From Candidatus Pacearchaeota archaeon (lineage in GTDB: Archaea > Nanobdellota > Nanobdellia > Pacearchaeales > GW2011-AR1), in contig JAOAJC010000001.1 of assembly GCA_026414385.1 (NCBI GenBank), positions 2,384 to 66,383 on the forward strand: a stretch of 64,000 bases of DNA, in the 5' to 3' direction. The notes beneath the pieces were generated by a model. It was not told the DNA's origin. It saw only the letters and a program-made list of their open reading frames with translations, and made no database searches. The position numbers and the translations under genes are program-made. Positions 19,577-29,101 of the stretch are shown piece by piece (within the stretch, counting starts at the first letter, position 1; every line of letters starts with the position of its first letter).

Positions 19577-21112
19577 ATGGGAAAAGAAGAGAGAATAAAG
19601 GCGATAACGCAATTGTATTATTCAAATCCAAAGGTTCTTGAAGCAATGATGATGTTTTCGATTGATAGGGAAGTTATTCCAAGATATTTTGAAATTTTTG
19701 GGAAAAGGCCTGACAAGATTCAATACCCTTCTGACATTCTTGGAATGGTGAAAAAAGGAGCAACCTCTTTTCATGTATCAGAAGAGTTGTGGAATGATGT
19801 TATGGCTTTAAGTTCTGATTTGAAAACGGAAGAGTTAAATGAGTTGAGAAAAGGATGGGATTTATTAATTGATGTAGATTCGCCTTTTCTTGATTTGTCA
19901 AAAATTGCAACAAAGTTATTATTAAATGCTTTAAAAGAACACGGAATTAAAAATTATGGATTAAAATTTTCTGGAAACAAAGGATTCCATATTATTGTTT
20001 CTAACAAGGCTTTTCCAAAAATTTATGATGGGAAGGAAACGAGAAAAATGTTTCCTGACTGGGCAAGAGCTATCTGTGAATATTTAACAAACTACATAAG
20101 AAAGGATTATTATTTGGAGGCAGGCAAAATATTAACAAACAGCGAAATAGAAAAAAACACTGGATTAAAGGAAGAGCCAAACATTATATGTAAAAAGTGT
20201 GGGAAAAAAGCGCGTGTTGGAGATTTGATTAATTTTAAATGTCCGGTGTGTAACATGGAAATATCAAGAAAAGATGTTAAGATAACAAAGAGAAAATTAA
20301 GATGTTTAAACGAAAAATGTGCAGGTTTTTTTGAAATCATAAATGAAAAAAAATATTATTATTGCGAGTATTGTAAAGAGAGGGATAATGAAAAAATGAA
20401 ATTAAATTCTGAAAAAAATCCTGAAAATTTTGAAGAATTAAGAGGAGTTAATGTTGAGAAGATTGCCAAATTAGATTTAGTGCTTGTTTCTCCAAGACAT
20501 TTATTTAGAATGCCATATTCTTTACATGAAAAGACGGCGCTTGCGAGCATTACAATAAAAGAGGAAGATATTGATAAGTTTATGCCGAGAGATGCAAATC
20601 CGTTAAGTGTGAAAATAATAGAGTTTATGCCAAACAATGAAGAAAATGAAGCAAAATATCTTTTGAGCAATGCAATAGAGTGGAAAAAAACGCAAGAAGA
20701 GACAAATGAAAATAGTTGGAAAAAAATTGATGAAAATGAATTTAGAGAGGTTGATTTTAGAAAAATAAAAGAAGAAATGTTTCCAGAATCTATAAAAAAA
20801 TTATTAAGAGGACTAAAAGACGGGAGAAAACGAGGGTTATTTGTATTAATTACTTTTTTGAGGGCGTTGAATTTTCCTGCAGATTATATAAATAAAAGAA
20901 TAAGAGAATGGAATAAATTGAATGACCCACCATTAAAAGAAGGGTATATTAAAGCACAAATTGATTGGCATCTAAAACAAAAGAAGAAAATATTACCACC
21001 CAATTATTCAAATGATGCATTTTATAAAGACATAGGATTAATTAATGAGATTCCTAAATTAAAAAACCCTCTTTCTGAGATTGCAAGAAAATTAAAGGAG
21101 AATAAAAAATAA
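19577..21112 (+). CDS. priS: DNA primase small (catalytic) subunit PriS with tandem Zn-ribbons and a C-terminal PriCT/PriL-CTD-like helical domain (possible fused primase)
   Basis: AEP catalytic motifs (DLLIDVDSPF, KFSGNKGFHIIV), eight Cys in two CxxC...CxxC ribbons, and a C-terminus GRKRGLFVLITFLRALNFPADYINKRIREWNKLNDPPLKEGYI matching the PriCT-1-type pattern. Confidence 0.75.
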   Translation: MGKEERIKAITQLYYSNPKVLEAMMMFSIDREVIPRYFEIFGKRPDKIQYPSDILGMVKKGATSFHVSEELWNDVMALSSDLKTEELNELRKGWDLLIDVDSPFLDLSKIATKLLLNALKEHGIKNYGLKFSGNKGFHIIVSNKAFPKIYDGKETRKMFPDWARAICEYLTNYIRKDYYLEAGKILTNSEIEKNTGLKEEPNIICKKCGKKARVGDLINFKCPVCNMEISRKDVKITKRKLRCLNEKCAGFFEIINEKKYYYCEYCKERDNEKMKLNSEKNPENFEELRGVNVEKIAKLDLVLVSPRHLFRMPYSLHEKTALASITIKEEDIDKFMPRDANPLSVKIIEFMPNNEENEAKYLLSNAIEWKKTQEETNENSWKKIDENEFREVDFRKIKEEMFPESIKKLLRGLKDGRKRGLFVLITFLRALNFPADYINKRIREWNKLNDPPLKEGYIKAQIDWHLKQKKKILPPNYSNDAFYKDIGLINEIPKLKNPLSEIARKLKENKK

Positions 21113-21184
21113 TAAAAAGATTTGGTTAATTTATTAAATTAAAATGATAGGGAATGTTTTTAAAGATGTAAGCTATATAATTTT

Positions 21185-23011
21185 ATGCGTAAAAGAGGAT
21201 ATGTTATCAGCATAATAATTGTTTTTGCAATATTAATGGCAAACTTTTCAATTGCTGCAACTAATGAGAGTGAGGTAGTTAGTGTTGATAAGGCTTATAA
21301 ATGCCTAAATGAGCAAATTAAAAAAGTTGGTTCAAATATCGGATTCCAAGACGCGATTTTTGCACAGCTTGCAATTGGTTCAGTAAAAGAAACAAGAGAA
21401 AAAATTGAGAGCGAAAAAAGTTCTACTGAAAATTGTTGGCCAAAAGCAGGATGTAAGATAAAAGAAACAGCACAGGTAATGTTGGCTTATGATAGGGTAG
21501 GAAAGAGCACTTCTGAAATAAGAAAATGGCTAATGTCAAAAAATGCGAGCGCAAGTGAGTTAATATGGTTTTTAGAAATTGATATAACAAACAAAGAAGT
21601 TTCAACATGTAGTTTGAAATACGATGGAGTTCAATATAGCATAAAAGTAAATGAGGAACAAAAAATATCTGGGAATGCTGGAAATTGTTTTGTAATTGCG
21701 AATAATGGTTATATGTTAAGAGTTAGCAATAATTGTATTGGAAAAGAGTTTGAAATATCTTGCGACAAAGATTTTGTAACAGCTATGATTTATCAATCAA
21801 GTACTGGAAAAACATTATTTATTCCGCCAAAAGCGACAGGCGCATCTGGTGGCGGGACAACAAAAGAAAAAGCTATTTCGCAATGTTTTAAGACAACAGG
21901 AGCAGGGTGCGATTATGAAGGGACATTATGGGCAGTCCTTGCTCTTGAAAAATTGGGCGAGGAGACAGATGCATTTTTACCATACCTTTATGCATTTGCT
22001 GATTCTAATAAAAGATATTTTCCATCTGCATTTTTGTACATGATTACAAGTGGTGAGGACCAATATGATTCTATAATTTCTTTGCAAAAACAAGGAAAAT
22101 ATTGGGAAATTGCGGGAAGTCCTTATAATAAATATTATGATAGCGCACTGGCGTTAATGGCATTAAGCAAAACGACATCGCAAGAGGCAGAAAACGCAAA
22201 AGCAAATTTATTAACAATACAAACTCCTGATGGGTGTTGGAATAATAACAATATAAGAGATAGCGGATTTATATTATATGCAGGGTTTACGAAGAGTGTT
22301 GGGAGAGAGGGTGGAGGAGAGGTTCCAAAATGCACTGCACCATTTTCATGTACAGGTTTATTTGATTGTGAAAAAGCTGGTGGGACAAGACAATATAATT
22401 ATGATTGTTCATCAGAGGGGGCTACAAAGATATGCTGTTCAATAAGTGTTGTTGAAGAAACTTGTAGTAAAAAGGGAGGGGTGTTATGTGGTGCAAATGA
22501 ACAATGCACTGGTAGAACAGAACCGTCAAAAGATGGAAGTTGTTGTATGAGTGGTTTTTGTGAAGAAATCCCGGTTGTAGAGGACTTGTGTAGTAAAGCG
22601 GGAGGGACGTGTAAATTTGTGTGTGAGGAAGGGGAAGAAAAAAGTAGCGAAACATGCGCAAACACAGAAGAAGTTTGTTGTGTTAAAAAAGGAACAAGCA
22701 TTTGGTTTTGGATTGTATTACTAATAATATTAATTGCACTAACAATAGTCGGGATTGTTTATAGAAATCAGCTAAGATTATTTTGGTTTAAAATTTGGCC
22801 AAAAATAAAAGAGAAATTCATGGGAAAGAAAGTTGAGAGTAAAGCTATGCCTACAACGCAACCAACAACAAAAGCCCCTATTATGACGCCACAAAGAATG
22901 ATGCCAAGGCCAGCTTATCCAATATCGCAAAGAAGTCCGGGAATAGCAAAATCTTCAAAGGAAAAAGAAATAGAAGAAACATTAAGAAAACTAAAAGAGA
23001 TGGGAAAATAA
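21185..23011 (+). CDS. Secreted membrane-anchored surface protein with a toroid-like domain and three Cys-rich modules
   Basis: N-terminal signal/TM. The N-terminal alpha-repeat domain has a QW-like motif (LLTIQTPDGCWNNN). Three tandem Cys-rich modules (C..GG..C......CC) precede a single TM (IWFWIVLLIILIALTIVGIVY) and a basic/Pro-rich cytoplasmic tail. Confidence 0.6.
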   Translation: MRKRGYVISIIIVFAILMANFSIAATNESEVVSVDKAYKCLNEQIKKVGSNIGFQDAIFAQLAIGSVKETREKIESEKSSTENCWPKAGCKIKETAQVMLAYDRVGKSTSEIRKWLMSKNASASELIWFLEIDITNKEVSTCSLKYDGVQYSIKVNEEQKISGNAGNCFVIANNGYMLRVSNNCIGKEFEISCDKDFVTAMIYQSSTGKTLFIPPKATGASGGGTTKEKAISQCFKTTGAGCDYEGTLWAVLALEKLGEETDAFLPYLYAFADSNKRYFPSAFLYMITSGEDQYDSIISLQKQGKYWEIAGSPYNKYYDSALALMALSKTTSQEAENAKANLLTIQTPDGCWNNNNIRDSGFILYAGFTKSVGREGGGEVPKCTAPFSCTGLFDCEKAGGTRQYNYDCSSEGATKICCSISVVEETCSKKGGVLCGANEQCTGRTEPSKDGSCCMSGFCEEIPVVEDLCSKAGGTCKFVCEEGEEKSSETCANTEEVCCVKKGTSIWFWIVLLIILIALTIVGIVYRNQLRLFWFKIWPKIKEKFMGKKVESKAMPTTQPTTKAPIMTPQRMMPRPAYPISQRSPGIAKSSKEKEIEETLRKLKEMGK

Positions 23012-23063
23012 ATTGAGAGAACATAAAAGATAATAATAAAAAGGTTAAAAATTAATTAATTTT

Positions 23064-23996
23064 ATGAAAAAGATTGTGCTTTTAGTATTTTTTGTTTTTC
23101 TATCTAGCAGTGTGTTCGCCATAAGCGTTGATATAAAAAATAATTATTTACCAAGGCAAACAGTTATAGCGAAGATATCTGGTGAGGTTTTAGATATTTT
23201 AACAAAAGATAATATTCAATTCAGGAGAGGACATGTTGCGATTCCATTAGAACATGATTTAAAAAAAATAGGGGAAGAGTATTATATTTGGTTTATAACT
23301 CCATTTTTAGAGAACAACTATACGATTATAATAAAAAATATTGCTACAACTGTTGGCGGTTTTGTGAAAAGAATAGATTATGAAAAAAATTTCTCTGTGA
23401 TTGGAAATGCGAGCTATTCAATAAAGCCAGGTTTTGTTTATGCGACAAAAGATTTTGAAATAGCAGTGTTATTATATGAAGATGAAAGAAAGCAAATAAA
23501 AGTTAATTTTTTAGATGAACAGGAGATTGTTTTAAAGCCAGGAAATAATTTATTAAAATTTTCAATAGGAAGCATAAATGAGAGTGGATTTTATAACTTG
23601 ACAATAGGAGAGTATAATGTTCCAGCATACATAATTCCAAACAAGACATTTTATAAAAAGATAAATGAAACAAATGTTACGGCAAAAAACATCATTATTG
23701 AATATGAAATTAAAAATAAGACAAAAATAAACGAGACAAAAAAATTTGAAGTGTATTGTTATGAATATCCTGGGAAAATATGTGGAAATGAAGAAATTTG
23801 TGATGGTGAGACAAGAGAAACAATTGACGGATTTTGTTGTATTGGAACATGTAAGGGAAAAGAAAAGCAAAGTTCTGCATTATGGGGGTATTTATTAATT
23901 ATTGTTGTGGTTGCAATTTTAGGATATATTGGATGGAAATATTATAAAACAAAAGAAGAAAGAAAAAATATATTGCAAAAAAATGTGGCAAAATAA
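23064..23996 (+). CDS. Secreted surface protein with a Cys-rich juxtamembrane module and C-terminal TM anchor
   Basis: Signal peptide MKKIVLLVFFVFLSSSVFA. Module CYEYPGKICGNEEICDGETRETIDGFCCIGTCKG aligns with the modules of the upstream gene, then a TM and a KKTKEERKN tail. Confidence 0.55.
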   Translation: MKKIVLLVFFVFLSSSVFAISVDIKNNYLPRQTVIAKISGEVLDILTKDNIQFRRGHVAIPLEHDLKKIGEEYYIWFITPFLENNYTIIIKNIATTVGGFVKRIDYEKNFSVIGNASYSIKPGFVYATKDFEIAVLLYEDERKQIKVNFLDEQEIVLKPGNNLLKFSIGSINESGFYNLTIGEYNVPAYIIPNKTFYKKINETNVTAKNIIIEYEIKNKTKINETKKFEVYCYEYPGKICGNEEICDGETRETIDGFCCIGTCKGKEKQSSALWGYLLIIVVVAILGYIGWKYYKTKEERKNILQKNVAK

Positions 23997-24000
23997 AGAA

Positions 24001-24519
24001 TTAATCTTTTTTTGTTTTTGATTTTTTTTCAGGTTGTTGATTTTTGGCTTCGTTTTTTTGAGTTTCTTTGTTAATTTCTTCTTCAAGAGAAGGTTTTTTA
24101 AACAAATGAGGAGCATATTTTTTAAGCTCATTTAGAGCGATGTTTCTCTCGACAATTATTTTTTTTGTTATTGCGTCATAATCATGAAGTCTTGCGATAA
24201 GTTTATTTCCCAACTCGTTTAATTCTGCATTAGAAAGTTCGATTTTTTCTGGGGATATTAGTTCGACATTTGCAGGCATGTATGCAAACAATATTCCAAA
24301 AAAAGAAGACAAGGAGTCAAGCTCGAGAGAAACTTCTGCAAAAGAAGTAAACAAATCTTTCTTGTTTTCAATCTCTTTTGCTTCGTGTATTTTTTGACTT
24401 ATGATTTTAACTCCTTTTTCTTTGCTTAATCTTTCTATTAGTTGTTCAAGCGCGGTTTTTATGTAATCTTTAGGTCTTCCTAATATTTCAAGAACAATAT
24501 CAACTTGAAGGTTTTTCAT
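24001..24519 (-). CDS. Hypothetical protein with an acidic/lysine-rich tail
   Basis: 172 aa ORF in a clean gap. No recognisable motif. Confidence 0.4.
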   Translation of the reverse strand: MKNLQVDIVLEILGRPKDYIKTALEQLIERLSKEKGVKIISQKIHEAKEIENKKDLFTSFAEVSLELDSLSSFFGILFAYMPANVELISPEKIELSNAELNELGNKLIARLHDYDAITKKIIVERNIALNELKKYAPHLFKKPSLEEEINKETQKNEAKNQQPEKKSKTKKD

Positions 24520-24544
24520 AAATATATGCTATTAAAGTTGGCTT

Positions 24545-25225
24545 TTAAATCCTTCTCAAAATGAGATAAATAAGAATTAAAACAAAAATAATCAAAAATG
24601 CGTAAAAAAAATAAAACCACAATTTTAGTTTGTGGGTTGTTTGAGTATTTGTTTTTTTATTGAGATGGATTTTTTCGTTGCTTTTCGGTTGTTCTTCGTC
24701 TATTTTTTTTGGCATCTCTTCTTTTAGTGGAACGAAATCAGAAATAGAAGTTGTTAATTTTGGTGATTCGGATTTGGAAAAAGAATCTAATGATTGAGTT
24801 GGGGAGGAATTTGTTGTTTTTGATTCTTGTTTTTTTTCATTTGGTAAAATTGTTATCGGATTGCAAACTTCTGAAAAAGAGGAAGAGTTTGTTTTTCTTA
24901 ATCTCGCACAAATATTTGTTGCTCCGACATAATATGATTTAATCTTAAACTCTTTTGTTTTTGGAAAAACTTCTTTTAGATAATAGAATGGGTTGTTCCA
25001 TTTACCATCATAATAGATTTCGGAAAATTCTTTTGAATCATCATTTATAAATATTTTAACATCATAATTATTTGTTATAGAGGAAGATGTTGAAATAGAA
25101 ACAGAAAAGCTTTCATTAACGATTGATGATGATGGAGATATAAATTGAAATTCTAATGAAGATGATAGATTAATGGAAATTATCAAAATAATTAAATAAA
25201 GAACATTAATAACCATAGCTTTCAT
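24545..25225 (-). CDS. Ser/Thr-rich secreted protein with N-terminal signal and C-terminal TM anchor
   Basis: Start refined to MKAMVINVLYLIILIISINL (signal). Ser-rich ectodomain and a C-terminal TM LWFYFFYAFLIIFVLILIYLIL. Immediately downstream of the nuclease gene on the same strand. Confidence 0.45.
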   Translation of the reverse strand: MKAMVINVLYLIILIISINLSSSLEFQFISPSSSIVNESFSVSISTSSSITNNYDVKIFINDDSKEFSEIYYDGKWNNPFYYLKEVFPKTKEFKIKSYYVGATNICARLRKTNSSSFSEVCNPITILPNEKKQESKTTNSSPTQSLDSFSKSESPKLTTSISDFVPLKEEMPKKIDEEQPKSNEKIHLNKKTNTQTTHKLKLWFYFFYAFLIIFVLILIYLILRRI

Positions 25226-25952
25226 AGTGAGCAATTCCTCCGTTGTTATCAAATAGATATAAGCTATCCCTATCATTATTCCATATGTCAGTTTTTGAAT
25301 TCCAAAAAATATCTGTTGAATTATCTTTACCTATATTAGAATGGAGAGTAATTTTTGAAAAACTAATGTTTTTGAATGAATAGATCTTTCTACTCTCGTC
25401 CTTTATTGTAAAGCCAGTCATTGAAATGTTGCAATTGTTTATTATTATTATTTTTTCTTCTTTCGGGTTTATGTCTGTGCTAAAACAATTATAATAAATA
25501 GAAGGTTTCCATATTCCCAAATGATTTTTAATTGCGTTTTTTTCTGCATTTGAAAATAATTTTAGCTCTGATTCTTGAACAAGAAATTTTGATGCAAGGC
25601 CAAGTTCAACAATCCTTAAATTTAAGTATTCGGGAACATAAATTCTTGCAAGATATCTGTTATATTTATCTATGTCAATTATTTCTATATTGACTGACTT
25701 ATTTTCATAAGATTTAAGAAAACCTATTGCTAAATTTGATATTTGTAGATTTTTTTCTGGGGAGTTGATATTAATGAGACGGATTGTTCTATTATCTTCT
25801 AAAATTAGAGTATCGCCATCAATAACTCTTGAAATTACCACACTTTCTATTTTTTTATTTTTTTCGGAAATTAGAAGTGAAGAAAGGTGAAAAAGTGCAA
25901 AAACAAATAAAGTTATAAAAAATGCTAATAAAAAAGCGTATTTTTTATTCAT
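25206..25952 (-). CDS. Membrane-anchored extracellular thermonuclease (staphylococcal nuclease fold) fused to a lamin-tail domain (LTD)
   Basis: N-terminal TM anchor. SNase motifs VIDGDTLILEDNRTIRLININSPE, DKYNRYLARIY and KNHLGIWKP. C-terminal region ...IINNCNISMTGFTIKD...IWNNDRDSLYLFDNNGGIAHYESYGY fits the LTD pattern (W-N-N-x-G-D...L.D..G..VD...Y). Confidence 0.7.
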   Translation of the reverse strand: MNKKYAFLLAFFITLFVFALFHLSSLLISEKNKKIESVVISRVIDGDTLILEDNRTIRLININSPEKNLQISNLAIGFLKSYENKSVNIEIIDIDKYNRYLARIYVPEYLNLRIVELGLASKFLVQESELKLFSNAEKNAIKNHLGIWKPSIYYNCFSTDINPKEEKIIIINNCNISMTGFTIKDESRKIYSFKNISFSKITLHSNIGKDNSTDIFWNSKTDIWNNDRDSLYLFDNNGGIAHYESYGY

Positions 25953-25958
25953 TGTAAA

Positions 25959-26426
25959 TCAAATTATTTCTATCTTGCATTTTAAGGATGAGATAAATTT
26001 TTTAAGATTATTATTATCTAAAACGATTGTTTCTGTGTTTATGTTTGGATGAAATCCAATCAAATCTGACTCAATAACTTCTTTGTCAATGAAAAGCGTT
26101 ACGGAAGAAGAATAAATCATACCAAACAAAGAAACAGAACCAGGTGTTAAATTTATTTGTTGTTTTAATTCTTCTGGAGAAGCGAATTGTAGTTTTTTGC
26201 TGGCTATTCTTTTTTTTAAGGATTTTATATCTAATCTTTTTTTCCCAGGCATGCAAACTAAATAAAATTTACCTTTATCGTCTTTTAAAAAAAGGCTTTT
26301 TGTTCTCAATCCCGGAATGTTTTTTATTATCTTTGATGACTCTTCTACTGAAAAAACTGGTGGATGTGAGTATAATTCATATTTTATATCATATTTGGTT
26401 AGGTAATTTTTTAGATTCTCGTCCAT
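25959..26426 (-). CDS. YbaK/ProX-type aminoacyl-tRNA deacylase (trans-editing domain)
   Basis: 155 aa. KYELYSHPPVFSVEES...GSVSLFG matches the YbaK/ProX editing-domain family. Confidence 0.6.
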   Translation of the reverse strand: MDENLKNYLTKYDIKYELYSHPPVFSVEESSKIIKNIPGLRTKSLFLKDDKGKFYLVCMPGKKRLDIKSLKKRIASKKLQFASPEELKQQINLTPGSVSLFGMIYSSSVTLFIDKEVIESDLIGFHPNINTETIVLDNNNLKKFISSLKCKIEII

Positions 26427-26516
26427 TAGATAACTGAAAAAATAGGGTTAATATAATTTTAGATTTTAATTTGTGGATAAAGCAAATTTAATAAACTCAA
26501 GAAAACAGATAGAGGT

Positions 26517-27449
26517 ATGGTAAAAGAATATGATTTTATTATCATTGGAGCAGGGGTTGCGGGTTTGTCTGCTGCGATGTATGCTGGTAGATTAGGACTC
26601 AAAACATTATGTCTTGGTGCAAGTTCTGTTGAAGAGAAAGCAATTGGCGGCATAATAACAACAACAGATGATATTGAAAATTTTCCAGGATACATAAAAA
26701 TTTCAGGAGTGGAATTAGCTGAGAAAATAGAAAAACACGCCAGAGAATACAATGTTGAAATAAAAGAAGAAAGAGTTGAAAAAATTGTAAAAAAAGAAAA
26801 AAAATTTATTATAAAAACTAAAAAAAATGATTATGTTGCGAAAACAATATTAATCGCGACAGGAACTGAGAGAAGAAAATTAGAAGCAAAAAATGCTGAT
26901 AAATTTGAGAGAAAAGGTGTTGTATATTGTGCATTGTGTGACGCAGGATTATTTAAAGATAAAATCGTGGCAATTGTTGGTGGTTCAAATGCTGCTGCCA
27001 AAGATGCGTTGCTCTTGGCAAATAAAGCAAAAAAAGTTTATATTATTTACAGAAAAGAAAAATTGAGGGCAGAGGAAGATTATAGGAAAAAAGTAGAGGC
27101 AAATCAAAAGATAGAGATAATAAACAATGCAACGATTTTAGAGATTAGTGGAAAAGAAAAAGTTGAAGAGCTTGTTTTAGATAGGGAATATAAAGGAAGC
27201 AATAAATTAAAAGTTGATGGGGTTTTTGTTGCAATTGGGGGGAATGCAGCTTCTGAAATTGCGATTGAGTTGGGATTAGAATTAAATGAGAAAAATGAGA
27301 TAATAACAAACAAAAATTGTGAGACAAACATTGGTGGAGTTTATGCAGCAGGAGATGTAACTGATAGGGAATGGAAACAAGCGATAACTGCTGTTGCAGA
27401 GGGATGTATCGCGGCTTATTCTGCATTTAGATATTTAAGTAAAAGATAG
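26517..27449 (+). CDS. trxB: Thioredoxin-disulfide reductase
   Basis: FAD motif DFIIIGAGVAGLSAAMYAGR, redox-active CALCDAG, and NADPH motif GGSNAAAKDALLLA. Confidence 0.85.
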   Translation: MVKEYDFIIIGAGVAGLSAAMYAGRLGLKTLCLGASSVEEKAIGGIITTTDDIENFPGYIKISGVELAEKIEKHAREYNVEIKEERVEKIVKKEKKFIIKTKKNDYVAKTILIATGTERRKLEAKNADKFERKGVVYCALCDAGLFKDKIVAIVGGSNAAAKDALLLANKAKKVYIIYRKEKLRAEEDYRKKVEANQKIEIINNATILEISGKEKVEELVLDREYKGSNKLKVDGVFVAIGGNAASEIAIELGLELNEKNEIITNKNCETNIGGVYAAGDVTDREWKQAITAVAEGCIAAYSAFRYLSKR

Positions 27450-27525
27450 AACATTAATAGAGTATGATTTAATTGAGATTTTCTAACTTAATAAGGTTTT
27501 TAAAGTTCATATAAGTAATAAAATA

Positions 27526-27981
27526 ATGAAAAGAATTGCTAAAAGAGGGTTGTCGCCAATTATTGCGACAACATTGTTAATCTCGCTTGTGGTTATATTA
27601 TCAACAGTAATATTCATATGGGCGAGATCTTATTTTGGAGAGCAAATAACAAAGTTTGGTGGGCCTATTGAAGATTCGTGTAAAAATGTTGATTTCAGCG
27701 TAAGTTTTTCTGGGGGGATTTTAAGCATTGCAAATAATGGAAATGTTCCGATTTATGGAGTTAAGATATATGAAGAAGGAACTTTTGGAACAAATGATTT
27801 GGGAGATATAACAACCAAGGTTATTTTTCCTGGAAAAACAGGAGAGATGAGAGCAAATATGATTAATAATAACAATGTTAATAAAATTGTCGTTGTTCCA
27901 ATTTTGTTAGGAGTTATTGAAGAAAAAGAAGAGACAAAAGCATTTGCTTGTGATATTAATTATGGCAAAAACATAGGATAG
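27526..27981 (+). CDS. Archaeal type IV pilin (PF07790-like N-terminus, class III signal peptide)
   Basis: MKRIAKRGLSPIIATTLLISLVVILSTVIFIW matches the [KR]G-x-SP[IV][IV]AT-x-L[LI] archaeal pilin N-terminus. Confidence 0.75.
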   Translation: MKRIAKRGLSPIIATTLLISLVVILSTVIFIWARSYFGEQITKFGGPIEDSCKNVDFSVSFSGGILSIANNGNVPIYGVKIYEEGTFGTNDLGDITTKVIFPGKTGEMRANMINNNNVNKIVVVPILLGVIEEKEETKAFACDINYGKNIG

Positions 27982-27985
27982 AACA

Positions 27986-28525
27986 ATGGACAAAAAAAGA
28001 GGCATGTCGCCTATTGTTGCCACGGTTTTGATTGTTATGTTAACTATTGCAGGTGTTGCAGCAATTGCGAGCTTTGTTATTCCATTTATTAAAAAAAATT
28101 TGGAAAGTGGAAGTGAGTGTAAAGATTATGAAGATTATTTTGTTTTTGACGAGAGTTATAGATATAATTGCTATACTGGTAGCGGAAACAACACGGTTTA
28201 TGGATTTTCTGTAAAAGCGAAAGCTGATACAAAATCTTATCAAAATTTGAAAGGTTTTGTTATTGTGTTAAGAGCAAATGACGGAACATCAAAGAGCTAT
28301 GAAATAGTAAATGGTAGTCAGGCAGGGGAGATAAAAACCTGTGGAAAAACAAAAGTTGAATTGCCATATTCTGGTGGAATAAAAACATATGGATTTCGGA
28401 AAGAAAACATAGTTTCTGCAATAATCCAAACAAAACTTAAATCAGGAAAAATCTGTAAAGAAGCAGATAAAATAGATTTTTATAGGTGCGAATATTCAAT
28501 TGGAGAGACGCTGAAAACATGCTAG
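27986..28525 (+). CDS. Archaeal type IV pilin (PF07790-like N-terminus)
   Basis: MDKKRGMSPIVATVLIVMLTIAGVAAIASFVIPFI is the same class III signal motif. Confidence 0.75.
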   Translation: MDKKRGMSPIVATVLIVMLTIAGVAAIASFVIPFIKKNLESGSECKDYEDYFVFDESYRYNCYTGSGNNTVYGFSVKAKADTKSYQNLKGFVIVLRANDGTSKSYEIVNGSQAGEIKTCGKTKVELPYSGGIKTYGFRKENIVSAIIQTKLKSGKICKEADKIDFYRCEYSIGETLKTC

Positions 28526-29046
28526 TAAAAAAAGGACAGGTTTGGCTTGAAACGGTTTTATACACTTTAATAGGGCTTGTATTAATTGGAATGGTTCTTG
28601 CGTTTGTTATGCCAAAAATTAATGAGGTAAGAGATAGGGCGCTTGTTGAGCAAGCAATATCAACATTTAGTTTGTTGGACGAGAAAATAAATGAAGTTTT
28701 ACAAAAAGGAGCGGGAAATACGAGGAAAATTGATTTTATAATGAAAAAAGGCGAACTCTATTTTAATATGAGTAATGATGAAATTGTTTTTGTGATAAAA
28801 GAATTATCAAAACCATATTCAGAACCTGGAATAGAAATAGAACGAGGAAATATGAAAATATTGAGTTTGCAAAAAGCAAAAACAAATGAAGTGTATTTAA
28901 AATTGAAATATGACTCAAATCTAACATATTCTGGCAGCGATAACTTAAAAAAATTGACTTCTGCATCAACTCCTTATAAGATTTTTATTGAAAATAAAGG
29001 TGTTGTTGGGGAAAGAGAGTGGATAAACATAGAAGAGGTTTCTTAA
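28519..29046 (+). CDS. Pilin-like protein with class III signal and Glu at +5
   Basis: Start refined to the overlapping ATG (ATGCTAG) giving MLVKKGQVWLETVLYTLIGLVLIGMVLAFV. KKG then QVWLE places a Glu five residues after the predicted cleavage site. Confidence 0.55.
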   Translation: MLVKKGQVWLETVLYTLIGLVLIGMVLAFVMPKINEVRDRALVEQAISTFSLLDEKINEVLQKGAGNTRKIDFIMKKGELYFNMSNDEIVFVIKELSKPYSEPGIEIERGNMKILSLQKAKTNEVYLKLKYDSNLTYSGSDNLKKLTSASTPYKIFIENKGVVGEREWINIEEVS

Positions 29047-29101
29047 TAAAAAAAGATAGGTTTAAATAAATCTTTTCTCTGATTAGTAGTAATAAAAAAA
29101 G

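Noticed and set aside
21185-21360. CLNEQ sequence as a possible alpha-2-macroglobulin thioester motif
   Set aside because: The thioester motif is C-x-E-Q (GCGEQ). Here the spacing is C-x-x-E-Q, and no other A2M-specific features are evident.
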